DNA of 64,000 bases from Candidatus Dojkabacteria bacterium (GCA_040006935.1 JBDTVZ010000001.1:103772-167771); one strand, 5' to 3'. Shown: positions 33,878-42,752, numbered from the stretch's first letter. Made by a program: numbers and translations. The notes: generated by a model from the letters alone, not told the origin.

Positions 33878-36328
33878 ATGAAGTACGACCCAAAGACTTT
33901 TGAAAATAAATGGAAAGAGAAATGGTTAAACGATAAACTCTATAAAGCAAATTTTGAAGATACTAAAAGTGATAAATTTTATTCACTTTATTCTTATCCT
34001 TACCCATCAGGAGCTGGTTTACATGTTGGACATTCCGAAGGAATGGTAGCCAATGACATAATGGCCAGATACTGGAGGATGAAAGGAAGGAATGTGATTT
34101 ACCCAATGGGTTGGGACTCTTTTGGACTTCCTGCAGAAAACTATGCAATTAAAACTGGAGTACCTCCACAAAAGACGACTGACGATGCAGTTGTAACTTT
34201 TAAAGAACAAATTAATAATTTAGGAATTTCTATAGATTGGGATACAGAAGTAGGAGCTCACTGGCCAGAATATTACAAATGGACGCAATGGATTTTTGTT
34301 CAATTGTTTAAAAAAGGGTTGGCTTATAAAAAGAAAGCATCTGTAAATTGGTGTCCTAAAGACCAAACAGTTTTAGCCAATGAACAAGTTATAAATGGTA
34401 AATGCGAAAGATGTGATACCGAAGTTGTCCAAAAAGATTTAGAACAATGGTTTTTTAAAATCACAGATTACGCTGATAGGTTAGATAAAGACTTAGACAA
34501 AGTAGATTGGCCAGATAGTACAAAAGCGACTCAAAGGAATTGGATAGGAAAGAAAACTGGTATTAATATAGATTATAAAATTGAAAATACAAACAAAATT
34601 CTTACATGTTTTACTACAAGGCCTGATACTAACTTCGGAGTTACATTCATAGCAGTAGCTCCAGACTCACAATTTGTAAAAGATAATATTCAAATATTTC
34701 CTAACAAAGAAGAATCTCAAAAGTATATTGACGAAACATCAAAGAAGACAGAGTTAGAGCGTTTACAAGAAGGAAAGAAAAAAACTGGTGCATTTACTGG
34801 CTTATATGCAATTAATAATTTAAATAATAAAAAAATACCTGTTTATTTATCTGATTTTGTATTAGCAAATTTTGGTACAGGTGCTTTAGTTGGAGTTCCT
34901 GGTCATGATCTTAGAGATTTTCAATTTGCAAAAACAATGGGAATTGAAATAATTAGAGTTGTAAAAGGTGCGGATGGTGATGAAAGTGAAATTACTGAAG
35001 AATCTCAAGTTCAAGAAGAACAAGGTGCAATGATCAATAGTGATTTCTTAAATGGAATGAATATCCATGAAGCAACAAAAAAAATAATGGACTATATTGA
35101 AGAAAAAGGTTGGGGAAAGAAAGTTGTAAATTTCCGAATCCGAGACTGGTTAGTTTCCAGACAAAGGTATTGGGGTTGTCCAATTCCAATAGTTTACGAT
35201 CCAGAAGGAAACCCTCATGCAGTTGAGGAATCTGATTTGCCAATATTATTACCAACTGATGTAGACTTTAGACCAACTGGAGAATCTCCAATTGCCAGAT
35301 CAGAAGAATATAAAAAACGAGCGGAAGAAAAATATGGAAAAGGTTGGCACTACGAAGCAGATACAATGGATACATTTGTAGATTCAAGTTGGTATTTTTT
35401 CCGACACATCGATGCTAATGATAGCGAAAAGGCTTTCGATTCAGCAAAAGCTGATTACTGGCTTCCAACAGATTTATACATGATTGGTGCAGAGCATATT
35501 GTATTACATTTACTTTACTCAAGATTCTTTACAAAATTCTTTTTTGACGAAGGAATTGTTAACTTTAACGAGCCATTCTATAAAATGAGACACATGGGAA
35601 TTATTTCCGGACCTGATGGAAGAAAAATGAGTAAAAGATGGGGAAATGTAATTAATCCAAACGATGAAATTGCAAAATACAGTGCCGACACAGTCAGAAT
35701 GTACGAAATGTTTATGGGACCATTAGCAGATCCAAAACCTTGGAACGATAGATCAGAAAATGGAGTATTTAGATTTCTAAATAAGGTTTGGGATTTATCA
35801 AATAAGATCTCCTCCACTGAGGGAGGTGGTACGCCTCGCCTGCCATCAGGCATGGACGACCCGAAGTTGTTAGATCAATTAAGACTTGTTCATAAATTAA
35901 TTCAGAAAATCTCTGAAGATACAGAAATTTTAAGCTTCAATACAGCAATTGCAAAGTATATGGAATTTATTAACGCAATTTCTGCATTTGAAAAAATTGA
36001 TAAGACAGTTTGGGAAACATTCTTAAAAGTATTAGCTCCATATGCACCATTCATAACAGAAGAACTTTGGGGAAAATTAGGAAATGGTTATTCAATCCAT
36101 ACTCAAAAATGGCCAGAATTCGATCCGGAATTAATTAAGGACGAAGTTATTACAATGGCTGTACAAATTAACGGAAAAGTTAGAGGAACTATTCAAATCA
36201 ATCCCGAAGCAGAAGAAAGAGATGCTATGGATAAAGCAAAAGCAGATGAGAAGATAAATAAATACATAACCAGTGATGTAAGGAAAGTAATCTATATAAA
36301 AGGAAAGATTTTGAATATCATTATCTAA
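33878..36328 (+). CDS. leuS: leucine--tRNA ligase
   Basis: PYPSGAGLHVGH; GWDSFGLPAEN; DWLVSRQRYWG; KMSKR. Confidence 0.97.
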   Translation: MKYDPKTFENKWKEKWLNDKLYKANFEDTKSDKFYSLYSYPYPSGAGLHVGHSEGMVANDIMARYWRMKGRNVIYPMGWDSFGLPAENYAIKTGVPPQKTTDDAVVTFKEQINNLGISIDWDTEVGAHWPEYYKWTQWIFVQLFKKGLAYKKKASVNWCPKDQTVLANEQVINGKCERCDTEVVQKDLEQWFFKITDYADRLDKDLDKVDWPDSTKATQRNWIGKKTGINIDYKIENTNKILTCFTTRPDTNFGVTFIAVAPDSQFVKDNIQIFPNKEESQKYIDETSKKTELERLQEGKKKTGAFTGLYAINNLNNKKIPVYLSDFVLANFGTGALVGVPGHDLRDFQFAKTMGIEIIRVVKGADGDESEITEESQVQEEQGAMINSDFLNGMNIHEATKKIMDYIEEKGWGKKVVNFRIRDWLVSRQRYWGCPIPIVYDPEGNPHAVEESDLPILLPTDVDFRPTGESPIARSEEYKKRAEEKYGKGWHYEADTMDTFVDSSWYFFRHIDANDSEKAFDSAKADYWLPTDLYMIGAEHIVLHLLYSRFFTKFFFDEGIVNFNEPFYKMRHMGIISGPDGRKMSKRWGNVINPNDEIAKYSADTVRMYEMFMGPLADPKPWNDRSENGVFRFLNKVWDLSNKISSTEGGGTPRLPSGMDDPKLLDQLRLVHKLIQKISEDTEILSFNTAIAKYMEFINAISAFEKIDKTVWETFLKVLAPYAPFITEELWGKLGNGYSIHTQKWPEFDPELIKDEVITMAVQINGKVRGTIQINPEAEERDAMDKAKADEKINKYITSDVRKVIYIKGKILNIII
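35808..35862. repeat. GC-rich palindromic insertion in frame in leuS
   Basis: CCTCCACTGAGGGAGG and GCCTG-CCAT-CAGGC; encodes SSTEGGGTPRLPSGMDDP. Confidence 0.6.
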
Positions 36329-37032
36329 TGTTTTATCAAAAGAATACTCACTCAAAAGAAACAGATCCTATAGATAACGGTATCCTGGAAACGAGAGGAT
36401 CCCTTTACAGAACAATACAAGAACTAGGTTTTAATAATTTAGAAGATCTGCTTAATTTTATTGAGGGTGGTAATGTTTTAAATTTAGGTTCAGGAGGAGG
36501 AGGTTTTGGAGTAGACTTTGAAGTTCTCAAAAAAATTAGAGAACAGCAATTAGGTATTATCTACTCAATAAATCCCAGACATGGTTTACACTCTCAGGAG
36601 CAATTAGACTATTTCTTCGATTTAAGTTCACTAAAGAAACATTACACTAAAGAGATTGCTCACTTGGCAGATGCAGACCTGAATGAAATTCATACTGAAG
36701 CAAATGAAATAAATATAACTAGAACTTCTGCAGAAAGTTGGGAACACCTATCTTTCCCAGATGAATTTTTCGATAAAATAATCGCTACAGGATCATATAT
36801 TTATTACCCTGCAACATTTACAGAATCATCATTTTTAGAAATTTGCAGAGTATTAAAGAAAGGCGGTGAGATGAGAATTGGTTTAGATAGTTTCAATTTA
36901 AATATGAAATTAATAAATTCAATAATAGATAGGATTAAAGAATTAGATTTAAACATTCAGGTAGAATTATTAACATCAAAAGATATACATAATCTTGATG
37001 TATATTTTTTTAAAATAGTAAAGCTTTCCTAA
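36328..37032 (+). CDS. class I SAM-dependent methyltransferase
   Basis: VLNLGSGGG; LSFPDEFFDKI; EICRVLKKGG; TAATG overlaps with leuS and recX. Confidence 0.8.
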   Translation: MFYQKNTHSKETDPIDNGILETRGSLYRTIQELGFNNLEDLLNFIEGGNVLNLGSGGGGFGVDFEVLKKIREQQLGIIYSINPRHGLHSQEQLDYFFDLSSLKKHYTKEIAHLADADLNEIHTEANEINITRTSAESWEHLSFPDEFFDKIIATGSYIYYPATFTESSFLEICRVLKKGGEMRIGLDSFNLNMKLINSIIDRIKELDLNIQVELLTSKDIHNLDVYFFKIVKLS

Positions 37033-37670
37033 TGCAAATCACCTCAATCGAACAAGCAAAAAAGAATATTAACCGAGTGAACCTTTTTCTGGATGGAGAA
37101 TTTTGGGTTGGCTTAGATAAAAATGACCTTTTAGAATTCCAACTTCATAAAAACAAAACTATTTCCGAAGAAGAAAAAAAAGAAATAGAAAAAACTTCAC
37201 AACTAGGAAAAATACGAACTCGAATTCTAAATTACACAATGCTTCGACCTCATTCAAAACGAGAAATTCTAGATCATTTTATTTTAAAGAAAGAGATAGA
37301 TCGACAAGAGATTCAAAGTGTTTTAGATGAACTCGAAGAGAAGAGTTTAATCTCTGACCTTGAGTTTGCAAAATGGTATATGGAAGGAAGATTAGCCTCA
37401 GGAAAGCATGGCGTAAATAAAATTAGAGCAGAATTAATGAAAAAAGGAGTCAGTAGTAAATTTATAGAAATTGCTATTTACGAGAAAACATCAACAGAGG
37501 AATTTGAAGAAAAAAATATAGAACAAATTAAAGAGTACATTCAAAAAGTTTCAAGAAGCATAAAATCTAAGGACGATAGAGAATTTAAGAATAAACTTAT
37601 ACAGAGGCTAATGAGTAGAGGATTTAAATACGATGATATTAAGAGTGCTTTAAAGATTGAAGAAGATTAG
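37032..37670 (+). CDS. recX: RecX-family regulator
   Basis: ITSIEQ...RVNLFLDGEF; RPHS.RE; G.NKIRAELMKKGV; RLMSRGF. Confidence 0.88.
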   Translation: MQITSIEQAKKNINRVNLFLDGEFWVGLDKNDLLEFQLHKNKTISEEEKKEIEKTSQLGKIRTRILNYTMLRPHSKREILDHFILKKEIDRQEIQSVLDELEEKSLISDLEFAKWYMEGRLASGKHGVNKIRAELMKKGVSSKFIEIAIYEKTSTEEFEEKNIEQIKEYIQKVSRSIKSKDDREFKNKLIQRLMSRGFKYDDIKSALKIEED

Positions 37671-37715
37671 TGTACACCTAAGTTCACTATTTATTATAAT
37701 TTTTATGAATATTTG

Positions 37716-38315
37716 ATGAAATTAAGTAAATGGATAGGAGTTTTTTCCCTTATGATTTTCTTACTCATTTGTACGTGCTCTTTTTGCTTTGTGTCTTTAA
37801 AAATCTTCGATAAAGATTACTATAATATTGGAGCAATAAATTTTCAGAGTTTAGATCAATCTCATTATAATAAATACCTACAGGAACTTAATGTAAATAT
37901 TACGAATAACTACAACTTAACAATCAATAATAACTCCTATCCTAGAAAATTAACTATTGAAAATAATGTAACTAAAAAAGTTTCAGTTATATTTGGTTCT
38001 TTTGATTCAACCTTAGACTCTTACTCAATTATCAATTCAAGATTATCAAGTTTTCTAGTTTATAAATATACCATTCCCAGTGGAAACGCATATACCTACG
38101 ATGGATATTTAGTTTATAAACTAGGACAAGATAAATCCGCTGAACTATCTATCCCAATTCGATCTTGCTATCTACCTCATTTGGACGGAAATAAAATTAA
38201 TTTTTATTCTCTAAAGGATTCTGGCGTGGAATTTGTTGCTGCACCATCATGTTATCCTGAACTTTTTATGATAAAACCAGATCCAGGAGAAGTATTGAAA
38301 ATTGAATTAAAATAA
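37716..38315 (+). CDS. membrane-anchored hypothetical protein
   Basis: N-terminal TM with a Cys cluster (ICTCSFC). Confidence 0.65.
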   Translation: MKLSKWIGVFSLMIFLLICTCSFCFVSLKIFDKDYYNIGAINFQSLDQSHYNKYLQELNVNITNNYNLTINNNSYPRKLTIENNVTKKVSVIFGSFDSTLDSYSIINSRLSSFLVYKYTIPSGNAYTYDGYLVYKLGQDKSAELSIPIRSCYLPHLDGNKINFYSLKDSGVEFVAAPSCYPELFMIKPDPGEVLKIELK

Positions 38316-38321
38316 TAAAAT

Positions 38322-38864
38322 TTATCGAACAGAGCTTAGCAACGACACTATTGAAACGGAAAAAATTCCACAACACAGTATTAGAAACAATGGAGCAATA
38401 GTAACAAACAAAAGGACTATGATTGCAAACCCAATTCCTCTATAGGTATTATCTTCTAATTTCTCATGGACAATTAAACCTTCTTCACCTTTAATTTCTC
38501 TTGGTTTTAACGATTTAGCTTCCTTATTCTCTATTGCAATAGAATTTAATTTATTTGCCCAATTGCTAACAGCAAATACATTCTTAAAGTAACCAGATAC
38601 AGGTACAAAATTAAAGGACTTTACAGAACCATCATTAGACTTATACGATACTTGCACATAATAATAGTCACCGTATCTGGACAATAAACCCCAAAAAATA
38701 TTTCCTACTTCCTTAGCAGAAACTAAATTCTCAAATGGAATTATTACCTCTGGATTACTTGAAACAAAGGCTGTTTTAGGTTTATAAGTAACTTCTTTCT
38801 TGTCCCAATCAATAATAAGATTTCCACCTGTGATCCCTATCATTATCTTTGTTTCTTCCTGCAT
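38322..38864 (-). CDS. hypothetical protein with C-terminal TM
   Basis: beta-rich N-terminal part; C-terminal hydrophobic segment containing LCC. Confidence 0.65.
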   Translation of the reverse strand: MQEETKIMIGITGGNLIIDWDKKEVTYKPKTAFVSSNPEVIIPFENLVSAKEVGNIFWGLLSRYGDYYYVQVSYKSNDGSVKSFNFVPVSGYFKNVFAVSNWANKLNSIAIENKEAKSLKPREIKGEEGLIVHEKLEDNTYRGIGFAIIVLLFVTIAPLFLILCCGIFSVSIVSLLSSVR

Positions 38865-38934
38865 ATTATTAAATTAAGAAAATACTACCCTAATAATAAA
38901 GCTATTTGAAATGTAATTCACTAATAAAAATCAT

Positions 38935-38964
38935 AAAAAAGACTTAGATTCCTCAAGTCTTTTT
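38935..38964 (-). terminator. intrinsic terminator after rnpB
   Basis: AAAAAAGACTT-AGATTCCTC-AAGTCTTTTT hairpin with A/T tracts. Confidence 0.7.
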
Positions 38965-38967
38965 AAT

Positions 38968-39366
38968 GGCCCATTCCGTAAGCCGAATTCTGTGTTTAAA
39001 AGAATAATTTCTCTATGCCCACTATGTGGTTGCTCCAGACAGGGGTTACCAGCATCCTAATATTACTATTAGAACCGGTGGTCTCTTACACTTGTCCCGT
39101 CTTGTATTTCTACAATTCAAGACAATTCCCGAAAAACGGGAACACCATTTCACAATTCCTCTTCTTCCCCCTCTCCTGTTAAGGAGAGGGTTGGGGTGAG
39201 GTTTTTCTTTCTGTTGCCCTCTTAGCTACTCGATGAGTTAGCACCCTAAGATTACTCCCAGCCGATCTCCTTTCGGATACGCGGTGTCTTTTTTTGGAGT
39301 CCGGACTTTCCTCTTGTATATATTTCAATATTACAAATATATACAAGCTATTCTTTGGAATGGACC
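38968..39366 (-). ncRNA. rnpB: RNase P RNA, reduced catalytic domain, two palindromic inserts
   Basis: P1 GGTCCATTCC/GGAATGGGCC; GAGGAAAGTCCGGACTC; CAACAGAAAG; TGTAAGAGACCACC; GGTAACCCC..GGAGCAA; ACAGAATTCGGCTTA; extended -10 TGtTATAAT just upstream. Confidence 0.93.
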
Positions 39367-39386
39367 AGTGTAATTATAACATGGAA

Positions 39387-39498
39387 GTGTCATTGCGGGC
39401 ACGAAGTGCGAAGTAATGACACAATTCCCTCTCCTTTTAAGGAGAGGGTTAAGGTGAGGTCATAGCGCACCGAAAGCACACCTAATTCTGTGCGCTCC
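39387..39498. repeat. three adjacent palindrome families upstream of rnpB
   Basis: GTGTCATTGC...GTAATGACAC; CCCTCTCCTT-TT-AAGGAGAGGG..GGTGAGGT; AGCGCAC...GTGCGCTCC. Confidence 0.75.
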
Positions 39499-39893
39499 TA
39501 TTTAATCTCAGGATATTTACCTGGTTGTCTTAGATAAATATCAATTACTGCCTGATTATCAGGATTGACCTCATTAAACTCAACAAACGCTCTTTCTTTA
39601 AAGCCACCAGCCTTTTGTCTTTTTCTTTCCATTTCAGTTTCTAGTTGTTCTCTGGAAATTTCTAATTCTTCTAGTATTGTGTTTATTATTTCTTGAATAT
39701 CAGCCAACTCTCCCAGAATTTCTTCAGATGATGCAACTCTAAGTTCACTTGCTTCTTCTAGAAGTTTTCTTATTAGTTCTACTATAAATTCCTTAGAATC
39801 TAATTTATGCCATGTTGTCTTCTGACCTGGGTCATTCTGCATTGCTTTAATTATGTTATCTCTAACCAATTTTTTAAATTCAAATTTTCTCAT
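39498..39893 (-). CDS. MazG-like nucleoside triphosphate pyrophosphohydrolase
   Basis: KLVRDNI...KLLEEASE...ELADIQE...KR..AGGF. Confidence 0.8.
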   Translation of the reverse strand: MRKFEFKKLVRDNIIKAMQNDPGQKTTWHKLDSKEFIVELIRKLLEEASELRVASSEEILGELADIQEIINTILEELEISREQLETEMERKRQKAGGFKERAFVEFNEVNPDNQAVIDIYLRQPGKYPEIK

Positions 39894-40012
39894 TCTTAAT
39901 TAGTCTAAAAAATAAATTAGCTTGAAGAATACAAAGTTAGTGCCAACTAGGTGCGAATCTACATCTCCTCACAAAGGTTCATCTCGTAACTTTGTGCGCT
40001 CCAGAAATTTAC

Positions 40013-40402
40013 TTAAGGAACTTTAATTCCTAATAAAGCGACCATTAATACCAAGAAACCAAACCCACAAAGAAAACAACCAGTTAAAATTAGCATTGCA
40101 TACCTCAATGTCAAGAAAGTTTTAAAAATATCCTGACCATGTTTTAATGTTTCTTCATCTAGCCAAAATTTTCCTTCTTTAGTTTCTTTTATACATTCTA
40201 ATTTTCTATAATACCTATCGACATAGAGATTATATTCTTCATCAGTTAATGTAATTGCTTTCTCTTCTGAGGTTGCCACTTTATCTCTAAAAAATTGAAT
40301 GGATCTTTTATCTTTAGTATAATTTGGATATACAAAGTCTATTGGTGCTTCAATTTTAGCCATTCCAAATATACTTTTTGGAGTTCCTCTTGTTTCTGCC
40401 AT
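40013..40402 (-). CDS. hypothetical protein with C-terminal TM
   Basis: 129-aa ORF directly after glyQS; TM containing GCFLCG. Confidence 0.65.
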   Translation of the reverse strand: MAETRGTPKSIFGMAKIEAPIDFVYPNYTKDKRSIQFFRDKVATSEEKAITLTDEEYNLYVDRYYRKLECIKETKEGKFWLDEETLKHGQDIFKTFLTLRYAMLILTGCFLCGFGFLVLMVALLGIKVP

Positions 40403-40406
40403 AAAA

Positions 40407-42056
40407 TTATTTAAAAGATTTATTAAGATATTCTACAAGATCGGAGATTTTAATTCTATCTTGTTGCATTGTATCTCTATCTCGAATTGTTACTGCCTGA
40501 TCGTTTAAGGTTTCAAAATCAATTGTTACACAGTAAGGTGTTCCTACTTCATCTTGTCTTCTGTATCTTTTCCCAATTGAAGCAGTTTCATCATATTGAG
40601 TCATGTATTGTGATTTAATCATATCTTGAACTTCTAGAGCTTTTTGTTGTAATTCTGGTTTTTTAGATAAAGGTAATATTGCAACTTTGATTGGTGCTAA
40701 GGATTTTTTAAGCTTTAGTACAACTCTAGAATCTTTTTCTCCTTTGGAATTTGTTAATTCTTCTTTTGTATATGCATCTTCGAGAACCATCATTAGAATT
40801 CTATTCAACCCAACAGAGGTTTCCATAATATGAGGAACTAATCTTTCTCCAGTTTCCTGGTCAAAGTAATCTAGCTTTTCTCCAGAGAATTTTGAGTGTT
40901 GAGTTAAATCGTAATCTCCTCGATCGTGAAGTCCTTCTAATTCCTTAAATCCTCCTAAAGTTTCGTAATTATATTCAATATCAAAGGCTTGAGATGCATA
41001 GAATACTAATTTTTCGTGTTTTTTGAACCTTAATTTGTCTGGGTTAATTCCAAGTTCCTCTACATGCCATTTCATTCTAGTTTCTTTCCACATTTCAAAT
41101 AAATTTTGTTTATCTGCAGGTTTGTGAAAGTATTGCATTTCCATTTGTTCAAATTCTCTTGTTCTAAATACAAATTGACGAGCGATTATTTCGTTTCTAA
41201 ACGCTTTTCCAACTTGTGCAATTCCGAATGGTAACTTAGGCCTTAAAGTATCTCTATAATTTTTATATTCTAAATAAATTCCTTGGCAAGTTTCTCCTCT
41301 TAAATATGTAACGTTTTCTTCCGAAAAACTTGAATCTGTTGTTCCCATGTTTGATTTAACAAGAAGATTAAATGCTCTAGGTTCTGTTAAATCATTTCCT
41401 TGAGGAGACTTAATATGCAAAATTTTAATTACTTGTTCTAATTCTTTTGCCGAAGCTTTATCAAGATCAACTAATTTATTATTTGAAACTTGATTATAAA
41501 TTCTAGCGACCATCACAGGCAAAACATATTCTAAAGCATCAAGATCTTTTGTTTCCGCTTTGAAATCCTCAATGGTTAGTTCGCCACCTTGACCTTTCCT
41601 AATTAAGAAGATTGGCTCCGACCCATTAGGCCCATTATGCGATACCCATCTATTATCTAGTACTTTATATTCTTCTTGATTAACATATTCTATGAGATGT
41701 TTGACTAATGTATCGAATTCTATTTTCTCACACGCTTCTTCAACTAAATGATCAGCTCTGTATCTTGTATGTGTTTTTTTATCTTCTACTAGAACATCAT
41801 CAAATCCTCCTACGTGTCCGGATGCAACCCAAGTTTTTGGATGCATAAATATTCCAGAATCAAGCATTAAAATATCGTTTCTTTCCTGAACCATAGATTT
41901 TTCCCATGCTCTTTGGATATTATTTTTTAATAAAATTCCGTAATGTCCGTAATCGTAAACTGCAGCAAATCCTCCATAAATTTCGGAAGATGGATAAATG
42001 AATCCATTTTCTTTTGCCCAGGATTTGAACTCGTCTAGTGTTTTAAGTTTTTCCAT
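40407..42056 (-). CDS. glyQS: glycine--tRNA ligase, alpha2 type, with an extra ~85-aa insertion
   Basis: SSEIYGG; WVASGHV; LRGETCQG; FRNEI..RQFVFRTREFEQME; IGKRYRRQDEVGTP. Confidence 0.95.
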   Translation of the reverse strand: MEKLKTLDEFKSWAKENGFIYPSSEIYGGFAAVYDYGHYGILLKNNIQRAWEKSMVQERNDILMLDSGIFMHPKTWVASGHVGGFDDVLVEDKKTHTRYRADHLVEEACEKIEFDTLVKHLIEYVNQEEYKVLDNRWVSHNGPNGSEPIFLIRKGQGGELTIEDFKAETKDLDALEYVLPVMVARIYNQVSNNKLVDLDKASAKELEQVIKILHIKSPQGNDLTEPRAFNLLVKSNMGTTDSSFSEENVTYLRGETCQGIYLEYKNYRDTLRPKLPFGIAQVGKAFRNEIIARQFVFRTREFEQMEMQYFHKPADKQNLFEMWKETRMKWHVEELGINPDKLRFKKHEKLVFYASQAFDIEYNYETLGGFKELEGLHDRGDYDLTQHSKFSGEKLDYFDQETGERLVPHIMETSVGLNRILMMVLEDAYTKEELTNSKGEKDSRVVLKLKKSLAPIKVAILPLSKKPELQQKALEVQDMIKSQYMTQYDETASIGKRYRRQDEVGTPYCVTIDFETLNDQAVTIRDRDTMQQDRIKISDLVEYLNKSFK

Positions 42057-42073
42057 ATTTTTATAATAATAAA

Positions 42074-42502
42074 TTAATAGTTAATTCCCTCCTTTATTAA
42101 AGGAGGGGTAGGGGAGGATTTAGAGCCAATCTCCTGTTTTCTGATTTCAAATTCTTTCAGCAATTTCTCTTTTATTAGTTCGATGTTACCTGTTAACTCA
42201 TGATTCCAGAACCTGATTAGCTTAATCCCTACTGATTCTAAGACAATAGTTCTATAATTATCATACTCTTCCTTTCCTTCATGAGACTCTCCATCAAGTT
42301 CTATTCCCAAAAGCAACTTATCACAATAAAAATCTAATATAAAATTATCTATTGGTTTTTGCCTCAGCCATCTATAACCTAATTTATCTCTACGTAAAAC
42401 ATAATTCCATAGTACTTGCTCTGCTTTTGTAGGTAATGATCTATTCTGCCTTGCAAAAGTTTTCAATTTCTTATCGTATGGTTTGTGATATCTATTGTTC
42501 AT
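42074..42502 (-). CDS. DUF559 (Vsr-like PD-(D/E)xK) endonuclease
   Basis: AR..R...T.AE..LW...RQKPI..FILDFYC...IELDGESH...D..R...L...G...IRF. Confidence 0.92.
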   Translation of the reverse strand: MNNRYHKPYDKKLKTFARQNRSLPTKAEQVLWNYVLRRDKLGYRWLRQKPIDNFILDFYCDKLLLGIELDGESHEGKEEYDNYRTIVLESVGIKLIRFWNHELTGNIELIKEKLLKEFEIRKQEIGSKSSPTPPLIKEGINY

Positions 42503-42544
42503 AAAAAATCCCTCCCTGCCCTCCCTTTTACAAAGGGAGGGATT
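42087..42544. mobile_element. putative minimal element: DUF559 gene bounded by inverted hairpin-plus-tail repeats
   Basis: 42087-42120 CCCTCCTTTATTAAAGGAGGGGTAGGGGAGGATT; reverse complement of the right end (42507-42541) is CCCTCCCTTTGTAAAAGGGAGGGCAGGGAGGGATT. Confidence 0.65.
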
Positions 42545-42564
42545 ATAAAACTCACTACAATAAC

Positions 42565-42703
42565 AAAAAAAGTCGTCTCAGAATAAAAATTAATTTACTC
42601 TGGGACGACTCTTTTAACAAGCTTGCCGCGGTTCCACCCATTTTTCTCGAATCCGAGACTCTTTATATTAAGTTTTATCAAAAGCATGCCATTGCTTTAC
42701 TAC
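42565..42703 (-). promoter_or_regulatory. glycine T-box riboswitch (transcription attenuator) with ultra-short Stem I
   Basis: GGG-TGGAACC-GCGGC...GTCGT-CCC antiterminator; competing terminator AGTCGTCCCAGAGTAAA/TTTATTCTGAGACGACT plus T-tract; TCTCGG-AT-TCGAGA stem III; AAAGCA-ATGGCA-TGCTTT hairpin with GGC. Confidence 0.85.
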
Positions 42704-42707
42704 AGAA

Positions 42708-42736
42708 ATTATACAATACCAATTATGGTATTGCAA
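42708..42736 (-). promoter_or_regulatory. sigma70 promoter of the T-box/DUF559/glyQS transcript
   Basis: TTGCAA-17 nt-TATAAT. Confidence 0.75.
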
Positions 42737-42752
42737 TTTCTGTTAGTTTAGC

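Noticed and set aside
41630-41732. Intein in GlyRS (C...DTLV and VSHN resemble intein ends)
   Set aside because: The two motifs are only about 33 aa apart, and HN is followed by Gly rather than Cys/Ser/Thr.
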